NCBI GenBank assembly: GCA_046562895.1
Contig: CM102154.1
Span: 28,205,733 to 28,269,732, forward strand
Direction of reading: 5' to 3'
Length of the DNA: 64,000 nucleotides
DNA from: Trichechus inunguis
Taxonomy: Eukaryota
Shown here: positions 14,065-25,945 of the stretch, piece by piece
How the letters are laid out: the number at the start of each line of letters is the position of its first letter
Position numbering within the stretch: the stretch's first letter is position 1
Program-made: the position numbers and the translations under genes
Notes under the pieces: generated by a model
Databases searched by the model: none
Seen by the model: the letters and a program-made list of their open reading frames with translations, nothing else
What the model was told of the DNA's origin: nothing

Positions 14065-14500
14065 GTTATGGATTGAATTGCATCCCCCTAAATTATGTGC
14101 TGTAAATCCTAACCCCTATACCTGTGGTTACATTCCCATTTGGGAATGGATTTTCTTTGTTATGTTAAATGAGGCAGTACTAGTGTAGGAGGTGTCTTTT
14201 TTTTGGGGGGGGGGTGTCTTAAATCAACTTCTTTTGAGCTATAAAAGAGCAGATTAAGCAAGCAAGCAAGTAGAGATGGGGGAAGATAGATGCTATGCCA
14301 CACCAAGGAGCCAAGGAACAGAAGATGGAAAGAGACAAGGCCCGTCCTCCAGAGCTGACAGAGAGAGAAAGCCTTCCCTTAGAGCCGGCGCCCTGAATTT
14401 GGACTTCTAGCCTCCTAAACTGTGAGAAAATAAAATTCTGTTTGTTAAAGCCACACACTTGTGGTAATTCTGTTATAGCAGCACTAGATAACTAAGATAG
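14065..14500 (+). mobile_element. MLT1-type MaLR solo LTR
   Basis: Starts tgttatggattgaattgcatccccctaaattatgtgc and ends ...gttaaagccacacacttgtggtaattctgttatagcagcactagataactaa. This matches the MLT1 consensus architecture (ccctgaatttggacttctagcctcc...aactgtgagaaaataaa). Confidence 0.7.
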
Positions 14501-15974
14501 AACCTTCAAAATCATCTAGCTCAAATTACTCCTTTTAAGATAAGGAAACTGAACCCCAAAGAAAGAAAGTGATTCGGTTACTATTTCCATGCAGTGGCAG
14601 CCTGGGCAGATCATCACCATCCAGTCACTGATGTCAGGCTACAACGGACATGCTGCTGTATCTGTAGCTTGGTTATCTACACAATCCTCATGTCACTGAA
14701 ACTGTCCTATTGACAACTAGACCTCATATGCCTCCTGATACAACTCAATTAAAGGCACACATCACCTAAGGAGTATTCTGGCCAAAATATTTGGCCTAAC
14801 TCTAATCTAGCCTTTAAATCTAAATTTCAGTTTATAGGAAATTGAGAAGCTAAAGGAACAAGTTAAACAAAACCATGGGGGAAATTTTCAAATCTAGAAA
14901 ATGGAGCATTCTATAGGATAACCATGTAATCTTGTTTCTTCAATAAGTCATCATAGAAAAGGGAGGTAGGACTGTATTGGATTAAAAGATACTTAAGAGA
15001 CATACAACTGAATATACCATCCTTGATTGGCTCCTGGGTTGAATAAATCAGCTCTAAGAGACATTTTTTTTGACAAATGGAAAAATATAAATGTGGACTA
15101 GGTGATATTAAGGAACTACTGTTAATTTGTTGTGGCTATATGAGAAAATATCCTCTTTTAAAGAGACACATATCCAAGTATTTATGAGTGAAATGTCATG
15201 AATTTACTTTAAACTTCAGCAAAAAATAAATGAAGTAAAGAGATGAAACAAATACAGTAAAAATGTTCATTGTTAAATCTGGGTGATGGGTGTTTGGGCA
15301 TTCATTTTAATATTCTCTTTGCTTTGTGTTTGAAATGCTTCATAACAAAAAGTAAAAAAAAAAAAAAAAGCTGCTAGAGGTCCTCTCAGGCAGGTCACAT
15401 AGAGGCCAAGCTACCAGAGAGTCTTATGAATTCCATACTGCTTTGACCAATTGTGACATGTCTGTGTCTCTCAAAGGGCGGGTGATGTTGCTATGGCTTT
15501 CCGTGCTCTTTTTAAGCAGTAGGTAGTGGCCGAGTGCTTCCCAAGTGGTAAACATCAGTTTTCAAATATATATTGTCTGAGAAAAATCTGTATTCACAGA
15601 AGCAGATGAAGCCATCTCAGCTTCCATATCATCAATCAACCCATAGTGCAGTGACAACTGTGAAAGCGCTCACACCACTTGTATCCTCTTCTTACTCATC
15701 ATTATTCCTGAGGATTTTTAAGTGACAGGTTCCTACCAATAAGTTGGAAAGTTTCTTAAGGAAACGAAAGCAGTGAATTATGTTTACATTCCAAATATGC
15801 TAGTGAGAATTCTATAGTTATAGAATCTTAAATTCATCTACTGCTATCAGAAATGGTAACAAAAACTTTAGGGATTCTTTTCCTTCTAGGAGTCCCAGAA
15901 GCACTCTGGGTCCTCTAATGAGTAGCAGCTAGGTGACTGGGCACATCTTGAAGTGTGATTTCTTTATCAGTATA

Positions 15975-16150
15975 GTGAAACCCTGGTGGTGTAATGGTTA
16001 AGAGCTACGGCTGCTAACTAAAAGTTTGGCAGTTTGAATACACCAGGAGCTCCTTGGAAACCTTATGGAGCAGTTCTACTCTGTCCTTTAGGGTCGGAAT
16101 TGACTGGACGGCAATGGCAACGGGTTTGGTTTTTTTTTTTTTTTTTTTGT
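15975..16150 (+). mobile_element. AfroSINE
   Basis: ccctggtggtgtaatggttaagagctacggctgctaac...ctactctgtcc...caatgg..gggtttggtttttttt. Confidence 0.8.
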
Positions 16151-16519
16151 AGTGTAAGTAGAACTACCCCATACAGTTTCCAAGGAGTGACTGAACATGT
16201 CAGAGCTGATCTAGATAATCTCTAAACTAATCCCTTGTAACTTTAAACCTTTACATGCCCATATTCTGACTCCATTTTCCATGTGTTTTTAGTAGGGCAC
16301 CATAGGAGGCAATGCATGGTCTAGTGGAAGCAGACTGGGCTAGTGGATGTGGCTTGTAGCCGATTCTCACCAGTTAACGTCTCTAAGTTTAATGGTCCTT
16401 ACCTGCACCTAGGGAAAATGGTACCTATCTCATTAGCTTTCAGTGAGAATTAGCAGAGGTGGCATGTGTAAAATTCCTGGCACCCAGTACCTCACTAAAT
16501 GTTGGTAGAATCTGATTAA

Positions 16520-16705
16520 CACTCAGCTTGCCCTGGTGGTGCAGTGGTTCAGAGCTAGGCTGCTAACCAAAAGCTCTGCAGTTGGAATCCACCAGCTGCT
16601 CCTTGGAAACCCTATGAGGCAGTTCTACTCTGTCCTATAAGGTTGCTATGCTATGAATTGGGATCAACACGATGGCAATGGGTTTGGTTTTTTGGGTTTA
16701 GCTAA
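16520..16705 (+). mobile_element. AfroSINE
   Basis: ccctggtggtgcagtggttcagagctaggctgctaaccaaaag...ggatcaacacgatggcaatgggtttgg. Confidence 0.8.
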
Positions 16706-17221
16706 CACTTAGCTTTCCTGGTGCCATGCCTGGTAGCCTTAAGATTCTGGCAAAAGAGTACCAGACCTTGTTCATTAGCTGCAAGACCCACAAGTTTGCC
16801 ATGGTGTTGAGCACACTTAGGCGAAAGGACACACTATGAGTTTCACTGGCTTTTCCTGTGTCCTGAATTGACGATGCCAAGAAACGCCTTTGGTTTCAAT
16901 CACTTTCTGCTTGTTCTGCTGCCATGGATTGCACCCTTATCTCCAGCCAGCTGGCTAGGAAATCCTTGTTACTGTGCGCAGGCAAAGCCAGAGGGTGGTG
17001 GGGGTGGTCAGTTTAAATCTGTCAGTGCTCTGAGGAAAACAACTCAACTGCGCATGCTCCACTCTCAATGGGTCAGGAAGGCACCAAAGGCCACCCCAGG
17101 GAGATTCTGACTGTAGCAGGGATCAAAACCACTACAGTCGGGATCAAACTACCTGCTGTTTCCACACACCATTCCGGTAGCATATGCACCAGCAATAATG
17201 TAATGCCTCACAGGCCCTCAC

Positions 17222-17972
17222 CCCTCAGCCGGCAGCCTCCTGCCTCCAGCTGCAGGTCACACCCGACGCCCTCTCGGAATAGGAGCTCAATACTGCGCAA
17301 GTTCTCCCTCAGCTCCTCCGCCTGGCTGGACTTCTTTTCATCTTGCCGGGTGCTTCCAGCCCTCTCGAGTCTCTGCTGGGCCACATCCTTAACCCGGGGC
17401 GCTCCCAGGGCCTCGGCAGCCGCCAGCACATCCTGCATCGGGACTGGGCCCAGCACCCCCTCATAGGCAAAGTTCAGCACTGCCTCCCAGCCCCGGGGGG
17501 CCACGTCGAGGCTGAGGGGGTGCTGTGGCCCTCCGCTGCCCAGCAGCCTGCGTCGGAAGAGGCTGCTGACTGCAGCCAAGATCACCCGGTGCACTCCGTA
17601 TACTCGCCCCCCAGCCGACACCTCTTCGTCCAGTAACAACCTCTGCTCCCGCAGCCGCTGAGCCTCGGCGAAGAACTGGCTCGGATGCTCCTCGCTGCGC
17701 AGCCCCTCCGGCTGTGCTGCATCTTCATCGTCCTCATCTTCTTCCTCCTCTTCCTCTAGGAACAAGGCTGTAGAGGGAAGCTTCCCCGGGGCCAGGGATC
17801 TGGGGCCAGGCTCTTCCAGAGGAAAGGGGGGCAAGTTGGGATCCTCGTCCGGGGAGGAAGGCCAGGAGGGGGCTCTCCGGGCGGGCAAAGGGAGGCCAAC
17901 GCCGTCCTTCTGGACCGGAAGGAAGGTGCGCCTTGGGTCCAAGGAACTAGGCGCTGTGCCCGAGACGCTCAT
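17222..17972 (-). CDS. KLHL33: KLHL33 coding exon 1 (ATG; proline-rich and acidic N-terminus; complete BTB#1; start of BTB#2)
   Basis: ATG at 17972-17970 in Kozak context (gccATGa). The 250-codon ORF includes an EEEEEEDEDDED run and a BTB fold (VYGVHRVILAAVSSLF...LNFAYEGVL...). Donor g|gtgagg at 17222 joins in phase to the 13394 acceptor (…LEAGGCRLR|VHRAALA), recreating a BTB consensus. CDS total is 2397 nt, 798 aa. Confidence 0.6.
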
Positions 17973-18700
17973 GGCCCTGGCCGGCTGGATTCAGGCAGGT
18001 GAGCAAGTCAAGAAAGGAGGAGGTCAAAGCTGAACACAGAGAGGCCAGAGGAACCCCTGCCTCCAGCTCTGCGAAATGTCCCTCCCGCTGCGACACCCCC
18101 CTACCCATCCTCCCAAGGTGACATCCCAGGTTCCAGCAGCTGGGCTATCTGGGTGCAGCTATGGGGTTCATGAGGTGCAGGGAAGCATGCAAGTAGCGTG
18201 TATAAAGATCCACTGCTCCGAACCTTACCCTGCCGGTCTTGTCCGAATACCGCCAGTCTCCTCCAGAAGGACAAATGTTCCCCCTCGCCCTCTCACTTGC
18301 GCGCCGGCTCTGCTTGGAGCCGTGTGGCAGAGGGTATTCGCTTCGCATCCGGGTTCAGGGCCCCATCTGGCTAATTATAGCCAGCACTGGCAGGCTAGGG
18401 GCTGGCCTCGCGGTGCCCGAACTGACACTCAATCCCTGGGCCGGGTCCTCCCCACCCCCTTCCAAGTGTAGGTCACGCCGTGGTGCTGAGGGAGGCGAAT
18501 TCGGAAGCCAAGGAGGATGCGGGGACGGGTGGTGACCCAGGCCAGAAGGACTGATCATGGGAAGAGGCTGGAGAACAGGGGCTTATCTAAGGCAATGCAG
18601 GAATGGAACCTGCTCTGAGCGCCACTTGAGGGGTGGCGATGGGGGGTGGGGGGAGCACGGAGCAGTTTCTATTAACCATCAGTTTCCATCGCCAGCTGTG
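17973..18700. promoter_or_regulatory. KLHL33: CpG-rich KLHL33 5' region, putative promoter
   Basis: High CpG density lies immediately upstream of the KLHL33 ATG on the minus strand, e.g. gcgcgccggctctgcttggagccgtgtggc. Confidence 0.4.
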
Positions 18701-18964
18701 AGAGATCATTCAATAAGTTAAAGCTAATACAGTACTTTGTGTTTGAGAGCCACCGTGGGTCAAGGCAGACCATATGATCTTGCTCTGCTGAGTGTAAGAA
18801 AAAGAAGAAACTGACGAAAATCAGTTTGAGCACATCATAGACCAATTTTCATCGATGAAAGCAAGAAAGGTGCAGTTGCATTTTTCACGTAGTACCATAA
18901 TGTGTTAAGTAAAAGACTGAGGAGCTTGACTTGTATTTTTGAGCTGATATGGTACAAAACCAAT

Positions 18965-19020
18965 AAATCAAACCCATTGCCATGGAGTCGATTCTGACCC
19001 ATAGCCACCCTATACGATAC
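18965..19020 (-). mobile_element. AfroSINE 3' fragment
   Basis: aatcaaacccattgccatggagtcgattctgacccatagccaccctatac. Confidence 0.55.
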
Positions 19021-21311
19021 AGTTGTCTAAAAGATGGATGTCAGATGTTTAGACAGGGACGCAGAAGTAGATAGCGAGGGCGGGTGGTTAGAGGGGAGCA
19101 GTTGCACTCCCACAAGTCCAAGGGGAGGCCAGTCGAGGTGCAGAATGACACTCCAAGGCACCACAAATATGAGAAGCATCTGACTGAGGCAGCTGGACAA
19201 GAGGGAGGAAGGCATTTCTGCTGAGGCATGGCCACTAACATCTATTCATTTTGAAAGGGGGGGGGGCTGTGTTTTGGGTCAGTCCTGGACTTTTTGCGGA
19301 AGATGAAGTTGGGATCCTGGAGTAAACAATACCACTGTGAAGTGCAAACATAGCCAGGCCCTGTCCATACAGGGCAGAGAGATGAAGGGCTGGGCTGGAG
19401 AGGTGAAGGGACAGGGATCTGGGCTACGAACACCTAGGTGACCCATCCCCAGCATGGGGCTTCCTGTGGGGAGATCCAACCCTGTGTCTTTGATAGAGTC
19501 TGGGGGAATCTAACCCTCGCCTTGGCCTCCTAGTGGAAAGTGGGGGTCGATCTCTGGTGCTAACGGGAGTGGAGTCTTGGACTGGATGGGCTGGGGGTGC
19601 ACAAGTAGTCAGTTTGTGGAGGGGCGCCAGTAGCTATACCCTTGGCCAGGATAATACCCACTTCTGCGTCCTGAGATTGGGTCCTAGGATGAAGCCCCGA
19701 AAGCTGGCATTTGCTCTGTGCCACAGTTCCGTGTGTCTTCTTAAGAAACAGATTTGGGAAGCGGGGGCAGAGACGCCCTTCCTCTCCCCTCTCCCAAGAA
19801 AGTAGGACAGGCCATGGGCTGTTGGGGGTGAACTCCCTGGCTTACAAAAAGACTGGACCAGACTGGATAGACTGAGCAGACAAGCCGACTTCAGGGGAGC
19901 CAGGCATGACTGTCCTGTACAATTCAGATGAGAGGGCTAGGGCTTACGCGAATGAGGGGTGGGAAAGTGGGTTGCCTGGCACAATACCCCCTCTGGCTCC
20001 CAGAGATTCCCCTGCAGCCCAGTTGCTTCCTGGGTACCCCGGCCAACCAAAGGTCGCATTCTGCGGGTTAGCACTACCCTGGCTGTGCTCAGCCCATGGG
20101 CTGCACTCCCCAAAATGGTTTGATGGAGAGAGCAAGCTGGTGGCTGCGATGACCAGCCCAGGAAATGTTCTTTGTTTTTCGCAGCCACAGGTTGTCCTGT
20201 CTGGTGGAATGGGGCAAAGTGACCAGCCTCTGCACCCTCTCTCCCAACCCAGACCATTCAGACACCTGGCATGGCCTCCCTGCAGCAAGACAATGCAACC
20301 AGCACCTTGAGCCCCCACCAGGCAGAGGAGGAACCCCATTAAGAAGTCCTGGCTCTCCACCTCCTCCCCCCACAAGGACAAGGACAGTGGCCCCCATCGT
20401 GAGTTCTATGCCAGCTCTATGGTCCCAGACAGCTCCACTGCAGTCACTAGTCTCAGGAGGCCTTGCGTGGCTCGATCATGGTTAGACCCATGCCTGGCAG
20501 TGAGTCTCCGAAGGATGGATAATACTTGCCGTCCTGGGCCACCACCTACCCTCCATTAAAGCCCTAGGACTGCCCTCCCTCCATTGGACTTCCAGGCCTA
20601 TCAGCTGCTAACTCGTTGGTTGGAGAAGGGTCTTGGCATCTGCCACATCTGTGGAATCTTAGCCAGGGAATAGCGAGGCTTCGCAGAGCTGCACTCCAGA
20701 AAGATGATTCAGAGAATTCAGGGGCGAGGCCGGGCAAGGCCCCAGTGCACTGGCTTTGGCTGGGTCATGGAAATCATGACAACTGGAGCTCGGGGTTCCC
20801 AAAGGTTGGGGATGCAGGCCAGCAAGAGAGAACTTTACTCCAGAGTAGATTCAGAGGGTAAAATCTCAAGAATGGAGGAGGGGACTTGGGAAGAGGGAAA
20901 TGGGTTCCCACTGAAGATCGCTGCTGCTCCCTTACCACTCTGCTCCCCAGATGCATCCTGTTGCATGCTCAACACCTAGGGCGTTAACCTCTACTTGAGG
21001 ATACCTTGGATCACCGACCGCTCAGAGTGGCACAGGTATACGCTGAGGGCTCTCCTGGGCAGTAGAGGAGGGGTGGGAGATGGGCCTAAATGAATTAAAT
21101 GAGCCCCTACTCCCGTCCCCACTCCAGCTCTCACATGGCTCATTATCCTGCTCTCAGCCTCTATCACCACCATCACTGGCCTATTTTGGCCATCCCCACC
21201 TACAGCAGAGTCAAAGCTGGTGAGTCTGTCAGGATCTGATTAGCTCCAAGAATTCCCAGTCCTGTCTGGAATTGCTGACCACATACTAGCTCCTCTTTTC
21301 TCTCCTCTCAG

Positions 21312-21448
21312 ACAGCATGTACTTCCTCATCTCATGCAGCTTGGGTCTGGAGTTCCATGGTTCCCTAGGGATGATATCTGCTGTCACCAGTGCTGCCGTA
21401 GATACGCAGACTGTGAGCTGTGGGGAGACCCTCTCAGACGTGCTCTGG
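21312..21448 (+). pseudogene. SLC12 (NCC/NKCC-like) unprocessed pseudogene, exon a
   Basis: Acceptor ctctcag| and donor |gtaata. Translation MYFLISCSLGLEFHGSLGMISAVTSAAVDTQTVSCGETLSDVLW aligns 1:1 with the SLC12A3 segment [45 protein letters not shown]; the conserved R and P are lost. Confidence 0.6.
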
Positions 21449-21634
21449 GTAATACCCATCGCCTCCTCCTCTGATGCCCTCCTTCTCAAGTCTGCTCGTT
21501 TTCCTGATCACCCCACCCAATCCTTTGTCCTCTGTGACTCCAGCCCAGGAAGTAGTTTTAAGAATCCGACAGACATCAATCTGCCGATAAACACTGACTC
21601 TATAACCTCCTACCTCTGTGTCCTGCCCTTCCAG

Positions 21635-21770
21635 GAGCATGGTGTGCAGCTGTTAAACACGGATCAGGAAAATGGGTTTGAGCGTGGTGGGAGTTGTGGG
21701 GGTGGTCGGTGTGGTGACTGTGACCATCCTTCTGGGCCTGGCGCTGGCCAGCATGGAGTGGGAGTCTAAG
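21635..21770 (+). pseudogene. SLC12-like pseudogene, exon b, with internal frameshift and (GTG/GTC)n expansion
   Basis: Acceptor ccttccag| and donor aag|gtaggc. Frame 0 reads EHGVQLLNTDQEN (cf. EYGAPIVDPINDI), then a +1 shift gives MGLSVVGVVGVVGVVTVTILLGLALASMEWESK (cf. [25 protein letters not shown]). Confidence 0.6.
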
Positions 21771-22927
21771 GTAGGCAGTGGGGAAGGGGGTTGGAGGGAT
21801 GGAGGTGACGATGAGGACACTGAAGGGATGGTGGTGAGAACAGAGAACTGCAGTGTAGGATGATGAGGGATGGTGTGTGCATGTATGCATAAAAGCAGCT
21901 GCCACCTGAGAGAGCCAGGCTAAAAATGGGGGAAGGAGCTAGTGGAGTAGATTCCCAAGGACCAAGAGTTGAGGGGAACCACCTGGAAAAGAGCTGAAAT
22001 TAGAGGGCTTTGTTGGGAGAGACTCCACACCTCAATTCTTCAATGGGAAGGACTTACTCTGAGAACCTATGGGATAAACACTAGAAAAGGTCATGGGGGA
22101 ACACTTTTTTTTCCCAGCAGCCATCTAGTACTCACAGCAATCCCATGTACCAGAGAAGATGCCCTGCTTCTTGCTGCTAGATATTTACAGTCTTGAGATT
22201 CACCTCCTCTGGCATGGGAAGGAACACTTTGCAGTTTGAGGCAAGAAGGAAAAGGACACCCATTTGGCCAAAATTCTTACGGGAAAAGGAAATCAGGAGA
22301 TTGAGGCAAGTTAGGATGGAACAAGGAGAGTTAGAAGGCGCAGTAGTAGTTACTCCTCTGCTTCCACTCATATTTTTCCCTTCATTATCCATGGTATTCC
22401 AGGCCCAAATTATCTTCTTCCAGAGCCTTTCTTTTATCAACTACCTGCTGAGGACACTCCTCCCCACAAACCCCAGCCAACAAGCAACTGGCTTCCTTGG
22501 GTAACAAGGCAAGACAGTGGAAAGCTGGTTGAGAAATGTATTAAAGGGAGGAATGCCTTAGAATATCACCTCCCCTTGGAGCAAGGGACCTACCTCCTTA
22601 GCACAAACCTCCTCAGAAAAGACTCCTTGACTTCTGATTCTGCATGTTCATTTGCAAGTTGACCATAAAACCATTCATAGTTCTGTAAGTCTCTGGACTA
22701 GCTAATTTACAAAACTTCCTTATTCTTCCCAGTGTAACCCAAGCCACTGACACTAAACTGGGCAAACCCGTTGCCAATTCTGACTCACAGTGACCTCAAA
22801 CTGAGTAGTGGGGTAAGGATCCTGGCTGGTTGAAGGAAAGCCTCCTCAAAATCCCATCTCATATGTCTGTTCTTTCACATAGAAAGCATTTTCTTGAAAT
22901 ATATGGTTCTACAATGGCGTGGTACAG

Positions 22928-23011
22928 AGGGCAATCTCTTTGGTATGTTTTCCATCTTCTTGCTGTGGCCACTGGGTCCTTGCTGGGGCCAGTATCTCTG
23001 GGGACTTCAAG
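22928..23011 (+). pseudogene. SLC12-like pseudogene, exon c', with two frameshifts
   Basis: Donor caag|gtgaga. Three frames together read GNLFGMFSIF / ATGSLLG / VLAGASISGDFK, which corresponds to SLC12 [28 protein letters not shown]. Confidence 0.55.
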
Positions 23012-23108
23012 GTGAGAAGAATGTCCAGGCATGGAGAACAAATATACTCTGTCTCCCCTCCCTTTCCCCACTCATAGCCTAACTTTTGTTACCAGCACCC
23101 TCTTACAG

Positions 23109-23180
23109 CTATCCCCAAGGGGACTCTCCTTGCCATCATGTGGACCACACTTTCCTACCTGGGCATCTCTGCCACCACTG
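23109..23180 (+). pseudogene. SLC12-like pseudogene, exon c
   Basis: Acceptor ctcttacag| and donor actg|gtaagg. Translation [24 protein letters not shown] matches SLC12A3 [24 protein letters not shown]. Confidence 0.65.
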
Positions 23181-23934
23181 GTAAGGCCTTCCACTCTTAC
23201 TTTCTGCATACAATGACCTGGAGCCCTGGCTTCTGCCTTCCCAAGGGGCTAGGGTATAGGTGATTAAACGAGCAAGAAGCATTCATCAGTCACACTAATA
23301 GTAGTTAGAAAAAGGCAGCATCCCCGCCCCCCATTCTTTCACCATTTCTCCCCACCCCTCATATCTGTTAATGATGTGGTGTTCTTTGATTATCAAAAGA
23401 CTCAAATGGAGGTATGTGGAGTGGAGGAGGGGCAGTTTTACCCCTGAGTTATAAATTAGTACAAAATTAGACCCGGCTTCAGGCTATTTTGAAGGAAGTC
23501 CTGAGTACCTACTTCAAAAAACTTAAATGACAGAATGAATGTAAAGCTCTTAACACAGGCCCTGAGACTAACAATGGTATGACAATACTATTATTAAAGG
23601 ATTACTAGAGTATCATCTATGATTTCCCTTCAATCTTGTCTCTTGAGCAGCAGCCTCCAAGGCTACCTGCAGTCAGCCAGGGCTCTGCTCTGACCCCTGC
23701 CTTCTTAATCATTCACCCCATCAACAAGAATTTATACAGTTCTATATTGGTCCTGAACAACCCAAGCCAATTACCAACATACAAAACAAAAAATACTTTA
23801 TTATTGAGTCATTTTAAAGTTTGAATGAAGGGAGAGGGAAATCCAGAGCCTTCCTAGGATTCCTACATCAGGATAAAGATTAAGGCCCTTGGGCTCCACT
23901 TAGGGCACTATCTACTCTGATCTTGTTAATCTTG

Positions 23935-23974
23935 TTAGTCCCTCCAGGTCACTTCTACTTCGTCTGTCCGATAC
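23935..23974 (-). CDS. OSGEP: OSGEP exon 11 (...YRTDEVEVTWRD*)
   Basis: Acceptor ccacag|. Minus-strand sequence reads gtatcggacagacgaagtagaagtgacctggagggactaa. The polyA signal AATAAA (tttatt on plus) lies near 23797. Confidence 0.8.
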
Positions 23975-24098
23975 CTGTGGAAGAATAGGAAAACTCTGGT
24001 GATGGGTTTTCCCATTAGCATCATCTATTCTTCTCTGCTCTCATGATCCTGAACCCTCTTCCCTGCTGATTCTGGCGTATCTCCCATATAATCCCTCA

Positions 24099-24230
<132 letters not shown>

Positions 24231-24295
24231 CTAATAGTAGAAAATCAGAGTGATGGGAAAAGAGAAAATGAAATCAAGTTTGAGAAAAGGCCTTA

Positions 24296-24397
<102 letters not shown>

Positions 24398-24547
24398 TTA
24401 GCTTAGTTTTAGACACTTCTACGTGGCCTAGCTATACACCTCACGTGTAGTTACTTAGAAAAATGAAGTACGGGCTTGGGGGGCAAGGGTTGGGAAGAAC
24501 AGGACAAGAAATGAAACTACTGATTTCCCCAAGCCCTTAGAGATTTA

Positions 24548-24706
<159 letters not shown>

Positions 24707-24820
24707 CTATGAAGAACAAATATTATGAAAACATCAGAGGGCCATCCCAACTTAGTTCTGCTCTACCATATAAAAACTCCTCCAGTCCTAATCTTCTGTC
24801 CCAACTTTTTACTCCATTAC

Positions 24821-24886
24821 CTGCAAGGAGAAACACAGATCCTCAGGAGTACACTCGCCTGTGGCTAGCATCCGCTGGGCTGCATC
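24821..24886 (-). CDS. OSGEP: OSGEP exon 7
   Basis: DAAQRMLATGECTPEDLCFSLQ; acceptor tatag| and donor |gtaatgg. Confidence 0.8.
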
Positions 24887-25287
24887 CTATAATTAACAGG
24901 GGTGGGAAAATACTGGTGTTGGGGTTACATGAGATGAAAAATTAATACAGAGGATCACCTTGTTTCACCACAATTCAAGTCACCAGTACATCCCATACTA
25001 CATTTTGCCCTTCACTGGCACTGAACTATAGAGAAGGCAGCATTCATTCAAAATTCAATAATTATTTCTTGAGTGCCTGCCCTGACACTCCCCCTTACCC
25101 TGCTTTATTTCTCTCCACAGCAATTATCACCATCTGACACTTCATATTTTTTTTTCTCTCTCTTTTTTGAATTTATTATTTCTTTATCCTCTATGCCTCC
25201 AAGCAGAGAGAAATTTTTGTTTTGCCCCATGCTATATCTCTATTGCCTAGAACAGCGCTTGGCACATAGAAAATGCTCAATAAGTTA

Positions 25288-25518
<231 letters not shown>

Positions 25519-25651
25519 TTATATGAAACACTAAGCCTATAGTCAGCTGGCTGCTCCTCCTCCAAAGCCCCTCCCAATCCTCATTCATACACATACAAAG
25601 AACCTCCTAAAGCCCCACCAGTCAGCCTTCCTCCATCTTATGTTCCCTCAC

Positions 25652-25701
25652 CGCTTTGCCATCTGTTCAATGTTGTAGCCTGGACTTGGGTCATTGGAAA
25701 T
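25652..25701 (-). CDS. OSGEP: OSGEP exon 5
   Basis: ISNDPSPGYNIEQMAK(R); acceptor ctgccag| and donor |gtgaggg. Confidence 0.8.
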
Positions 25702-25816
25702 CTGGCAGAGAGAAAAACAGGAAAGAAGTGAATGAGAGCATGAGGTCAGATATCCAGGAACCATAATATTTACCAGTTCCTCCCTCCATTTCCATGGCTC
25801 CCCAGAAATTCAATCA

Positions 25817-25945
<129 letters not shown>

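Noticed and set aside
14195-14215. G9-10 homopolymer runs (also at 19258-19268, and C-run at 37328-37350)
   Set aside because: These are short homopolymers inside repeats or intergenic DNA, with no evidence of function.
21672-21863. ORF MGLSVVGVV... that looks like a novel signal-anchor peptide
   Set aside because: It is explained as the frameshifted TM segment of the SLC12-like pseudogene exon b, not an independent gene.
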